The position numbers were made by a program, and so were the translations under genes. This document shows, one piece after another, positions 55,974 to 64,000 of a DNA stretch of 64,000 bases (position 1 is its first letter; each line of letters begins with the position of its first letter). The notes below the pieces were generated by a model. The model was not told the DNA's origin and ran no database searches. It saw only the letters and a program-made list of their open reading frames with translations. The stretch is taken from IMG/VR virus record IMGVR_UViG_3300050132_000038, positions 154,862-218,861 of that record; one strand, written 5' to 3'.

Positions 55974-56715
55974 CTATAAGGTACTCCGACAGATAAACGT
56001 CACCAACGTATTCCCTACCGAGCAGGCTCCTCCGGGTTTGAATTACTATGTACCCATAAAGGAACTTCCGTACTCCTACGTATGGGACTGGGATTTTTTC
56101 CTTAACGCGGTGTATAATGAAACCCCGGGCATGGCAGGTCTCAAGACTGTTAGGGCGTTTGGCCCTGAGTGGGCTAACCTAGAGTACCTACCTGGGATAG
56201 AGCGTGACCAAGTGCAGGCCCTAGGATACAATCCTATCTTCAACATGCACTACGTAGGTAATGTAGTATGGGGCAATGAGGTTCAAGGGAGCCCTTGGCG
56301 TCTTCCCGATCTTATGTCAGGACACGAAGTAGTAGAGGATGTAAGTACCGCTGTTAACTATTTGATAGCAAAGAAGCAGTTCGAGTTGTTCCCTGAACTG
56401 GGTCAGCAGCTTAACATGACAGCAGCTAAGGTCTCCCATGTTATACGCGGTCACCAAGAACTTCAGAACCTCTACAGCATAGACCCTAATGATCCGTACT
56501 GCTACAAGATAGTAGAGGATTGGGGATGGCGCATAGAAGTTCCTATACTACCTCTCATGGCGATTAAGCCAATTGTTTTGGACATTCGGTATGAAACGAA
56601 GACTGGTAAGGTAGCGTTCGTCATGCCTAACGATTGTAAAGAGACATACGCGATGTGGAACCTTCTATTCCTAGGTGGTGCTCCTCGTGACCTGGAGATT
56701 CTATGCGCGAGATGA
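55969..56715 (+). CDS. Hypothetical protein with tail-sheath-like motif
   Basis: QVQALGYNPIFNMHYVGNVVWG resembles the sheath GINPI...G..VWG motif. Confidence 0.45.
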   Translation: MTYKVLRQINVTNVFPTEQAPPGLNYYVPIKELPYSYVWDWDFFLNAVYNETPGMAGLKTVRAFGPEWANLEYLPGIERDQVQALGYNPIFNMHYVGNVVWGNEVQGSPWRLPDLMSGHEVVEDVSTAVNYLIAKKQFELFPELGQQLNMTAAKVSHVIRGHQELQNLYSIDPNDPYCYKIVEDWGWRIEVPILPLMAIKPIVLDIRYETKTGKVAFVMPNDCKETYAMWNLLFLGGAPRDLEILCAR

Positions 56716-57494
56716 AAGCTGGACCTGCAAAGAAGACTGCGCCGTATAAGAGAACACCACGTATTCCTAAGTATGATCCTTCGCAGGAAGCAACTGCAGA
56801 AGACCTACAGGCAGCATCGGCTAAGGCTAAGGTAGCTACCAGTGAACGTCGAGTAGTCCCTGGACAGAAGCCTACCCAGTGGGGACCCAAGGTTGGTGAA
56901 CTCCCAAAGCGTATTGAGGTTAAGCAGAGTTCGGGTCTGCGGGAAGTTGTACCGGGTTCAGTATGGAGGCAATCGGCATTCAAGTGGGATCCCTTAACGT
57001 TCGCTTGTGAGTCGGAGAAGTTGAACGAGCATATAGTTGAGCCTCGTGTACAGAACGATTCGTTACTACGGTTCATGCGAGACCCTGATACCCCTATGGT
57101 GTACGGTGTATCAGGTAATCCTGACGACCAGAAAGCTAAGTTGTTTGCGGCCTATCTAGTAAACATTCACCAGCAAGCACTAGGGCTTAAGGCAAACGTT
57201 GTGTGGCATACGGTGTACGGAGGTTTCGATAATCCGTTACTCAAGGAGTATGACCCAGTAGACGGTAAGACTGATCCGACTATGCTGGTGCTCTCTAACC
57301 TGACACCTAACGCTACGGGGTTGAAGTTGGATAAGACTCGAGACTTGATTGAACGATTTGCGACAATCCCAATTGTTATTGTCTCAGCAGGTGAAGACCC
57401 AATGAGCTTTCTTACAACAAAATTGTTTTCGCCCGTAAATGCACTGGCCTACTTCAGTGAGAAGCTGGTTAAACGCCGTATCGAGATCATTTAA
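56703..57494 (+). CDS. Hypothetical protein, possibly a degenerate DnaC-like helicase loader
   Basis: Beta/alpha core with an atypical P-loop region (YGVSGNPDDQKAK), upstream of DnaB; weak. Confidence 0.35.
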   Translation: MREMKAGPAKKTAPYKRTPRIPKYDPSQEATAEDLQAASAKAKVATSERRVVPGQKPTQWGPKVGELPKRIEVKQSSGLREVVPGSVWRQSAFKWDPLTFACESEKLNEHIVEPRVQNDSLLRFMRDPDTPMVYGVSGNPDDQKAKLFAAYLVNIHQQALGLKANVVWHTVYGGFDNPLLKEYDPVDGKTDPTMLVLSNLTPNATGLKLDKTRDLIERFATIPIVIVSAGEDPMSFLTTKLFSPVNALAYFSEKLVKRRIEII

Positions 57495-57763
57495 TGGACC
57501 TCCCTAATTTCACCTACCTCGGACAAGGGTTCTACGTGTGTCGAACCCAAGCAGGATTCAAACAGGCACTCCGCCATTACGCGGGTACGGACTATCCGGA
57601 TTTTGCTAGAGCCGATGACATAGTAGGATACCCTGATACGTACCCCTCAGTGGTAGCGTTGAGTATAGGCTACAGAGGTTCACAGTATATCCGAGCCAAC
57701 TGTATGCACGTTAACGAGATGCGTACCAAACTTGATAAAGCTGATCCTAAGGAGATTATTTAA
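57494..57763 (+). CDS. Hypothetical protein
   Basis: TAATG coupling. Confidence 0.55.
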   Translation: MDLPNFTYLGQGFYVCRTQAGFKQALRHYAGTDYPDFARADDIVGYPDTYPSVVALSIGYRGSQYIRANCMHVNEMRTKLDKADPKEII

Positions 57764-58086
57764 TGGCACATGATCTAGCGTTGTACAGGAGTATAGGAAC
57801 GAAACTCATAGCGGCTTACGTTACTACAGTGACCTCCTTTAGGATAATCGACAATCAACTGTGGGACGAGTTACGTGCCAAGCTCCTTCAGGTAAGCCAG
57901 GCTATTCCGGAAGCTCTAGAGATTACAGTTACCTGTGACGCTTCTAATAACCCACCTAATGTTGTTGACCGACCTGACGTAGTAGCCGAAGTGTATATAA
58001 GGGTTACTGAGGATCTAGGTGCCCACTTTGAGCTATCGACCTCTGGGTGTAGTGTGACTTCCTGGAAATTTCCACCTTACCTGTAA
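57763..58086 (+). CDS. Small protein resembling a tail-sheath C-terminal domain
   Basis: VTCDASNNPPNVVDRPDVVAEVYI. Confidence 0.5.
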   Translation: MAHDLALYRSIGTKLIAAYVTTVTSFRIIDNQLWDELRAKLLQVSQAIPEALEITVTCDASNNPPNVVDRPDVVAEVYIRVTEDLGAHFELSTSGCSVTSWKFPPYL

Positions 58087-58134
58087 ATAAGTAGACATTA
58101 GGTATTAGACTCATAGAATAATTGGAGCCAAGAG

Positions 58135-59475
58135 ATGCTCAAGATTGTAAGCCCCTCAGCCGAGTTAGCCGTATTGAGAGGGATGACCCACAAGAACAAG
58201 AAGATAGCCGGAGCACTTCTCTCCACTACAGATAGTTCGTACTTCTACAGTGAAGAATCTATAGAGGTCTACGAGGCTATCAAGAAGCACATGCAAGAGT
58301 CGGGGGAGTCCCCGACATATAGATTATTAATTGAAGACCCAGATCTTTCTGAGGAGGCACGATCCCATTTCCGGTCCTCCGTCGCGACAGTACAAACCAC
58401 AGCCGATGCAGACAAGGCAGCACGCATACTAAACAAGTATCGTCAGCGCCGAGGTATGTATAACTTAGCAGCACATATCAACTCGAAGATGCAGGGATCT
58501 CGAGTTGACCTTGACGGGCTACTAGAGGAAACAGCAACAGCGTTCAACGTGATCCGCTCGAAGAAGACTACTTCTGAGGCATTCTTGCATTTTGGTCGTA
58601 ACAACAATGCCGACGCGGTAATTAAGTCGTTACTGTATGATGACAATTCTGAGAACGTCATACCTACGGGTATTAAAGCATTCGACACTGTAAGTGGGGG
58701 ATTTGCCAGAGGATCACTTGTGACCTTGGGTGCTAACTCAGGAGGAGGCAAATCAGCAGTTGCCTCCGCCATGGCAGTGAAGATGGCGAGTTTAGGGTAT
58801 AAGGTACTGCTAGTGCCTCTTGAAATGTCAGAGCGAGAGATGTCCGGTCGCATCATGGCGAACATCACTAAGATGAATTTGTCAAAGATCCTACTTGGAC
58901 GGTTAGCCAGCGGAGAGAAGGATCTAGCATATAAACGCTATAAAAGGTGGAAGACCCGAGTTAAAGACGCTGGTGGTCGATACACTATATTCAAGCCGAA
59001 AGAGGATATGACTATTGAGGAGATCATGGCCTCAATAAGTGCATACACGGTCGATGTAGTTATCATCGACTATATATCACTACTTAAGGGGGTGGACGGC
59101 GATGACATGTGGCAAGCACTTGGTGCCGTAGCCAGATACGCAAAGATCAATGCCGAGGTAGAGAACCGGGTTTCGATCTTACTTTGTCAGGTGTCTGATG
59201 AGGGGAAGATCCGTTATGCCCGAGCGATCTCCGAGCACTCTAGTAATAGCTGGATCTGGATCAGCTCGAAAGAGTCAAAAGAGACCGGGATCACTAAGAT
59301 CGAGCAGCCTAAGTCTCGAAACTCTCTGTCCTTCCCCTTCTCTATTAAGATTGACTTCGAGCACATGCGTACTGAGGATGTTGCCCTAGAAGACAACAGC
59401 GGCCTAGGTGAGGTCAAGCCTGAGCAGGGTAAGAAGAAGCGCACAGACATTCCCAATTTAGCGAGCGATATATAG
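58135..59475 (+). CDS. Replicative helicase, DnaB-like
   Basis: IPTGIKAFD...GANSGGGKS...LEMSERE...VIIDYISLL...LCQV. Confidence 0.9.
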   Translation: MLKIVSPSAELAVLRGMTHKNKKIAGALLSTTDSSYFYSEESIEVYEAIKKHMQESGESPTYRLLIEDPDLSEEARSHFRSSVATVQTTADADKAARILNKYRQRRGMYNLAAHINSKMQGSRVDLDGLLEETATAFNVIRSKKTTSEAFLHFGRNNNADAVIKSLLYDDNSENVIPTGIKAFDTVSGGFARGSLVTLGANSGGGKSAVASAMAVKMASLGYKVLLVPLEMSEREMSGRIMANITKMNLSKILLGRLASGEKDLAYKRYKRWKTRVKDAGGRYTIFKPKEDMTIEEIMASISAYTVDVVIIDYISLLKGVDGDDMWQALGAVARYAKINAEVENRVSILLCQVSDEGKIRYARAISEHSSNSWIWISSKESKETGITKIEQPKSRNSLSFPFSIKIDFEHMRTEDVALEDNSGLGEVKPEQGKKKRTDIPNLASDI

Positions 59476-59499
59476 CAGTATTGATTACCCAACTACTTA

Positions 59500-59808
59500 A
59501 TGAGGTTAATCATGCCAGAGCAACGTGTTGAAGTTCGTCCCTTCGGTGTCCGTTATATCTGTGATGCTTGCAAGCAAGGGGAGATGATGGCGCTCTCCGG
59601 AGCCCAGGCTCTTTTTCAAGAGGGTGAGAAAGTATTAGTACGGCATGTGTGTAACGTGTGCCGCACACTCATGGCGTTCCCTGAGAAGTACCCTACAGTT
59701 AGGTATGAAGATGTCCCACAACAAAGCTACGGTCAACAGGGTTACGGACTTCCGCAACAACAGGCGCCACAGGGAGCAGGTAATCAATTGGCGCCTCAGG
59801 CTAAATAG
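59500..59808 (+). CDS. Zinc-ribbon protein with Gln-rich tail
   Basis: CDAC and HVCNVC. Confidence 0.6.
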   Translation: MRLIMPEQRVEVRPFGVRYICDACKQGEMMALSGAQALFQEGEKVLVRHVCNVCRTLMAFPEKYPTVRYEDVPQQSYGQQGYGLPQQQAPQGAGNQLAPQAK

Positions 59809-59923
59809 TGTGTAAACGTTACCCGATAAACCCGTTCATTGCAGGTAGGCTACGACGCTGTAGCCCCTATCCTACGGGGTCAAAATCGGGTTTGTAGGCA
59901 AATACCCATGAGGGAGGCTAAAA

Positions 59924-60214
59924 GTGCAAATTAGCAGTATTGAAGCTCTATCTAGTCAGCTAGAGGAATTGCAGCGGGAGAACGCGCTCTTAAGGTCAAT
60001 GGTTCCAGCAACAGATCGGAAGAAGGCAATTGCTTTGTTCTACGAATCGCAGACCTCTAACGTTAAACCCTTCGATCCGTTAAAGATTAAGAAGTTCCTT
60101 AGGGAAGCTGTACGTAGGACTCCGTTGGAAACACCGGAAGATCTGGAAGTCATTATTCGAGAAGGGTTGTGCTCTGCCCATCGTTTCCTAAAGGCGGAGT
60201 ACCTCAATGTCTGA
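59924..60214 (+). CDS. Hypothetical protein
   Basis: GGGAGG RBS, GTG start. Confidence 0.55.
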   Translation: MQISSIEALSSQLEELQRENALLRSMVPATDRKKAIALFYESQTSNVKPFDPLKIKKFLREAVRRTPLETPEDLEVIIREGLCSAHRFLKAEYLNV

Positions 60215-60488
60215 CCTACTACACCTGGCTACACAATTAGTTGAACGAGTTAAACACCTGGAAGCGGAGAATCAACGACTAAGGGAAGTCCCGAAGTATC
60301 CAGGGCACATGGGAGGCAACCCTGTTACTGCTCAGGTTAGTGAGTATAACTACGATATGGAAAGCGCACCCGTAGGAGGTAAGCTGATCGTACTCAATCA
60401 TAGTGGATGCGCTACCTTCTCAGTGTTGACTTCAGACGATAAGCAATACTTTCAAGCGTGGGCCCCAATGCCTAAAAGGAAGAAATGA
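60207..60488 (+). CDS. Hypothetical protein
   Basis: GGAG RBS; ends AWAPMP. Confidence 0.55.
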   Translation: MSDLLHLATQLVERVKHLEAENQRLREVPKYPGHMGGNPVTAQVSEYNYDMESAPVGGKLIVLNHSGCATFSVLTSDDKQYFQAWAPMPKRKK

Positions 60489-60739
60489 AAATTCGAGAAC
60501 ACCGTGGTAGTCGTGCTGAGTCTATGTCTACTGAGCGAGAATGTGAGCCTACTATGGAAGCTTTAGCGTGTGCAGTTCAAGCTACCACGGCGTTTACAGG
60601 TCGAGGTATTAACGCAAGGGATGTACGGGTAACTCCATACGGCGTGGACATCTTTACCGGGAAGTTGATGTTCGTTGTTACCGTGGTAGGGTACGGCGTG
60701 TGGGGCTCCTGTGACATGCTACCAGGGAGGAAGACATGA
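60485..60739 (+). CDS. Hypothetical protein
   Basis: ATGA overlap. Confidence 0.55.
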   Translation: MKIREHRGSRAESMSTERECEPTMEALACAVQATTAFTGRGINARDVRVTPYGVDIFTGKLMFVVTVVGYGVWGSCDMLPGRKT

Positions 60740-61164
60740 GAATCCTAGAGCTACCTGAGTACGATTCACCGAGGATCGATTACTTACACGGCGGGCATCT
60801 ATCGTTGTTCATTAGTCGTGGGGATATGACTAGGGTTGAGCACGTACTGCAGCATGGCACCACATCAACTCAGCCTTTCGATAAAGTCATAGATGTACAG
60901 GTGGTGCTAAAGAATAAGGGAGCAGACGTTATTGTAGTTCGCAGTGTCTGCTCGTTGTGGCTAGCTGAACCTGATAGGCATTTTGAGAACATCGGGTATA
61001 GTGTTACCCGAGTTACCACAAAGCATTGGGCTACTAATGATGAACTCCCTAGTGTGTTTGCGGAGATTAAAGAGCTTAGGGAATTCTATGCTCCAGCTAC
61101 AAGGGTAGTGAATGAGCGGCAGGATATAGTATCAGGCCTCGGGGACATTAATCTTAGATGCTAA
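60736..61164 (+). CDS. Hypothetical protein
   Basis: GGAGG RBS, ATGA overlap. Confidence 0.55.
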   Translation: MRILELPEYDSPRIDYLHGGHLSLFISRGDMTRVEHVLQHGTTSTQPFDKVIDVQVVLKNKGADVIVVRSVCSLWLAEPDRHFENIGYSVTRVTTKHWATNDELPSVFAEIKELREFYAPATRVVNERQDIVSGLGDINLRC

Positions 61165-61173
61165 GGAACACAA

Positions 61174-61374
61174 ATGAAAGTTGAAATTGACGGCGTTAGT
61201 CACGAGATGATAGGCCGCGGCAAGCTCATAGAGCTATTGAGAAAGCTTGACGATGACGCCTTAATTGCAATTAAGGATAACCATATGGTTGTTGTCCACG
61301 GCGCCGAACAGGAAAGCATCGCAACGATCTTTCTGGATCAAGAGAAGACTGTATACTACGACGAGGGATTCTAA
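61174..61374 (+). CDS. Hypothetical protein
   Basis: AAGGA RBS. Confidence 0.55.
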   Translation: MKVEIDGVSHEMIGRGKLIELLRKLDDDALIAIKDNHMVVVHGAEQESIATIFLDQEKTVYYDEGF

Positions 61375-61605
61375 ATGAGAGTTGATATTGAACGAGTCAG
61401 GGAGCTGAAAGCAGAGCTTAGGAAGATCAATGACTGCAAGCTAGAGGATCTTCAAGTCTTTGAGAATGGTAAGGAGATTGTACCCAGCCCTAAGATGCTA
61501 AATCGGTGGCGGTACATGGGGTTAAACAACACCGACTACATCCTCATGGAGTACTATAAGGAAAACGACGAGCCTGTAGAGAAGGCATGGATTATAGTCG
61601 AGTAA
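61375..61605 (+). CDS. Hypothetical protein
   Basis: Abuts the upstream stop. Confidence 0.55.
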   Translation: MRVDIERVRELKAELRKINDCKLEDLQVFENGKEIVPSPKMLNRWRYMGLNNTDYILMEYYKENDEPVEKAWIIVE

Positions 61606-61615
61606 CAAAGTAGAA

Positions 61616-61643
61616 GAGGGACACCAATTGCTCAGTGTCCCTC
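61616..61643. terminator. Hairpin between convergent operons
   Basis: GAGGGACAC-N10-GTGTCCCTC. Confidence 0.7.
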
Positions 61644-61646
61644 GAT

Positions 61647-61883
61647 TTACTCTTTTCCGCCTTCTGGTTTACCGCCTTCCTTCTTACGCTTCACTTGCTC
61701 TTTGGTACGTTCTAGTTGTTCCTGCGTATCCAAGATAGACTTCTTGTCCCCAAAGCTTTGATCTTCAGTTGGCTTCTCCTTCTGAATTTCCAAACGCCTC
61801 TTCAAAGATTCCTCTGCGGGATCTTTCTGTGCTTCACCCTCGGCGGCTAACAACCGTGCTGCTGCATTCAACTTGATTTTCAT
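61647..61883 (-). CDS. Charged small protein with KIKLNAAARL tag
   Basis: ATG 61883 after AGGA; Lys/Glu-rich. Confidence 0.6.
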   Translation of the reverse strand: MKIKLNAAARLLAAEGEAQKDPAEESLKRRLEIQKEKPTEDQSFGDKKSILDTQEQLERTKEQVKRKKEGGKPEGGKE

Positions 61884-61888
61884 TTCAG

Positions 61889-62287
61889 TCATCCTAAGGT
61901 TTGAATAAACTGTTGTACGTCGTCCGTAGAAGTCGGCATGTACAGATACGAGTGATCGTCATCTACACAACATACAAGAGGACAGCGCTGCCCTGAACCA
62001 TACCCTAGAACAATACCACTAGGGCAGGTCTTGAGACATTCAATAGACGACACATCCACCTCTGCTACTTCAACGTAGCCTTCTGCCTGCAACCTCTTGT
62101 ATAGTGCTTCGTAGCTATCCTGATCGAACTGCACGCAGCACTCTTCCATGTTATCGAAGAAGCCTTTGTCTTCTAGCTTCTGCCACTTCACAGAATCCAA
62201 ACATTTAATGAGATCGGTGAACTCATCTAGTGCTTGGCTATCAACAGCTGCCCTAAGTCGTGATGCTGCGTGTAGTTTGACCTTCAT
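61889..62287 (-). CDS. Acidic protein with KVKLHAASRL tag
   Basis: AAGGA RBS, with an AATTTCATA motif upstream. Confidence 0.6.
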   Translation of the reverse strand: MKVKLHAASRLRAAVDSQALDEFTDLIKCLDSVKWQKLEDKGFFDNMEECCVQFDQDSYEALYKRLQAEGYVEVAEVDVSSIECLKTCPSGIVLGYGSGQRCPLVCCVDDDHSYLYMPTSTDDVQQFIQTLG

Positions 62288-62314
62288 TAGAAATCCTTAA
62301 AATATGTTATGAAA

Positions 62315-63049
62315 TTAGGATACGCTCTCAATGGCGTACATCCCATGAGCCAAGCTAGGACTCAGTACGTAGGCAAACGGCATCCAGCAGTAACCATTGA
62401 TCCCCCAATCAGGTCCCCAGCTGTTACGGATTAGAAACATCTGCTTCGCCAAGTCGTAGCCTACTATACACACGCAATGGCCACCTAGCATTTCCTCCGT
62501 AGAGTTCGGCATAGGCACAATACCAGAGGCCGCTACCTCTTGCGATTCAAACGCGGGGTACACAAGGAACCCTAATACTACTGGATAGCCATTAGACAGG
62601 GGGGTCATCACAGAGGTTTGATCCTGGGCTACACGCGAATACTTTAACGCCTTACGTTTAGTTGCATCGGCGTAGGCAGCATCTGAGGGCTTGGTGTAGA
62701 GGTCATCCTTTGAATACGGCCACAAGGATAGCTCACAGGCCCCGTAGGTCAGAAGGACGTTTATTCCATCCTCTACGAAGGCCCCGTCATCTGAAGCTAC
62801 AGAGCCGTTTAGGACTCGTTCATTGTAGTACACAAACTGCTGAGACAGAGAGATCGTAGAGTTGTGCTGTACGTTTTCTAGGTACTCCATTGCACTGATA
62901 ACGGCAAAGGCAACACAGCTACTCATATCACCCTGATTGGCTATGGGGCTACACTTCGGCCTCAAGTCTACTACAGACGGTAGGGAGGACTGGGTAATAC
63001 CCAGAGCGTATCTAGCGGGAACTGGTAGGTAGTTCATTAGGAACCTCAT
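62315..63049 (-). CDS. Papain-like C1 cysteine peptidase
   Basis: VDLRP...NQGDMSSCVAFA (catalytic Cys), GGHCVCIVGYD (His), IRNSWGPDWG (Asn). Confidence 0.9.
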   Translation of the reverse strand: MRFLMNYLPVPARYALGITQSSLPSVVDLRPKCSPIANQGDMSSCVAFAVISAMEYLENVQHNSTISLSQQFVYYNERVLNGSVASDDGAFVEDGINVLLTYGACELSLWPYSKDDLYTKPSDAAYADATKRKALKYSRVAQDQTSVMTPLSNGYPVVLGFLVYPAFESQEVAASGIVPMPNSTEEMLGGHCVCIVGYDLAKQMFLIRNSWGPDWGINGYCWMPFAYVLSPSLAHGMYAIESVS

Positions 63050-63104
63050 TGAGTTCTAACGGGGTCAATGAGGCTAGGACTACAAGGTAGTCAAGGATAA
63101 CAGA

Positions 63105-63596
63105 TCAGTCGTACAGGCTAGACGGACGGACCTTCGACCGCTTCAGAGGCTTCTTCGGTGCAGGTTCAAACGTCGTAACCCTATAGTCTCCGTCGGACGT
63201 TTTCTTGATCGTTACAGAATGATCTCCCTTGCTGTAGTGCGTTCCGTCGGACCCCCAGTCCTCTTGCTCAAAGCCTTGTTTAATTAAATCTTTAGACATT
63301 GAGTCCACGGCTTTCTGATCGGTGTACCCCTCGCCAGAACGTTCACCATCCCGGACTACGTATTCCCCTAAGTCGATCTTGTGCTTCTTACCTAAATCGC
63401 CACTGAAGCTGGCGGCTGGCGTAGGCTTTATTGGTGCAGGTTTTGTAGGCACTGTCTTTACCGGAGCAGCCTTACCTCCACCCTTACCATACTTACTACC
63501 AGGATGCTCTTTGAGGTACTTCTGTTGACGTTCTTTAGGCCAGTCTTCAAAGCCTGACTCTACCAAACGGGCTGCGGCATTGAGTTGAATTTTCAT
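63105..63596 (-). CDS. Protein with KIQLNAAARL tag
   Basis: AAGGA RBS; WPKERQQKYLKEHPGSKY segment. Confidence 0.6.
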   Translation of the reverse strand: MKIQLNAAARLVESGFEDWPKERQQKYLKEHPGSKYGKGGGKAAPVKTVPTKPAPIKPTPAASFSGDLGKKHKIDLGEYVVRDGERSGEGYTDQKAVDSMSKDLIKQGFEQEDWGSDGTHYSKGDHSVTIKKTSDGDYRVTTFEPAPKKPLKRSKVRPSSLYD

Positions 63597-63601
63597 TTGG
63601 G

Positions 63602-64000
63602 CTATTCCTTAGGGAGTATAATTTTGTCCATCGTAATCGGAAGATCACGAACTCGTACACCAGTAGCATTGTAAACCGCGTTAGCAATGGCTGCTACTAT
63701 GCCAGTGATACCGATCTCACCGACACCACGAACACCCATCGAACTAATATGGGGATCGGGCTTGTTTAGAAACGTTATATCGAGATCACCTATATCCAAG
63801 TTAACCGGCACATGGTAGTCAGCTAGATTAGCATTAACGAAGTGCCCACAGTTGGTATCGAATATAGTCTCTTCTTCCAGTGCGGCACCAATGCCCCATG
63901 TTATGCCGCCCATCATCTGGGAGTGAGCAGTCTTCTGGTTTAATATACGACCTACATCATAGACGGCTACAACCCGTGGAATACAGATGGTCCCCAGATC
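63602..64000 (-). CDS. C-terminus of a xanthine dehydrogenase/aldehyde oxidase family Mo-binding subunit (partial)
   Basis: Open to the window edge: PRVVAVYDVGRILNQKTAHSQMMGGITWGIGAAL...NLADYHVP...RGVGEIG...AIANAVYNATGVRVRDLPITMDK. Confidence 0.85.
   Translation of the reverse strand, partial: DLGTICIPRVVAVYDVGRILNQKTAHSQMMGGITWGIGAALEEETIFDTNCGHFVNANLADYHVPVNLDIGDLDITFLNKPDPHISSMGVRGVGEIGITGIVAAIANAVYNATGVRVRDLPITMDKIILPKE

Noticed and set aside
1-64000. tRNA or rRNA genes
   Set aside because: No cloverleaf with T-loop/D-loop consensus was found by eye in the short intergenic gaps. tRNAscan would be decisive.

Overview
This window is a gene-dense segment of a large contractile-tailed (myovirus-like) bacteriophage read in the standard code. 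In order it carries: a packaging/head block (terminase, RuvC-like nuclease, MmcB-like nuclease, portal); a tail, baseplate and fibre block; an Acb1/gp57B-like 2H phosphoesterase; two minus-strand fibre modules around a holin plus GH19 endolysin; and a bacterial-type replication block (DnaX-, DnaN-, DnaB-, SbcC- and UvsW-like). At the right edge are a papain-like protease and the C-terminus of a xanthine-dehydrogenase-family Mo-binding subunit. Selfish elements are an ORF-less group I intron (about 8096-8397) and three related free-standing GIY-YIG-like endonucleases. The strongest observation concerns two of these endonucleases. Both are preceded by the same ~100-nt covarying RNA structure containing a 9-nt variable loop. 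In each copy the loop matches the likely target site in the neighbouring gene, and that site is disrupted in this genome (split by the intron in one case, synonymously recoded in the other). This suggests, but does not prove, an RNA-guided homing endonuclease family. Other notable signals are a shared KxxLxAAxRL peptide tag on five small proteins, Met-rich and Lys-poor virion proteins, a candidate +1 frameshift before the tape-measure-like gene, and two promoter-like motifs. All product names come from motif recognition by eye; no searches were run.
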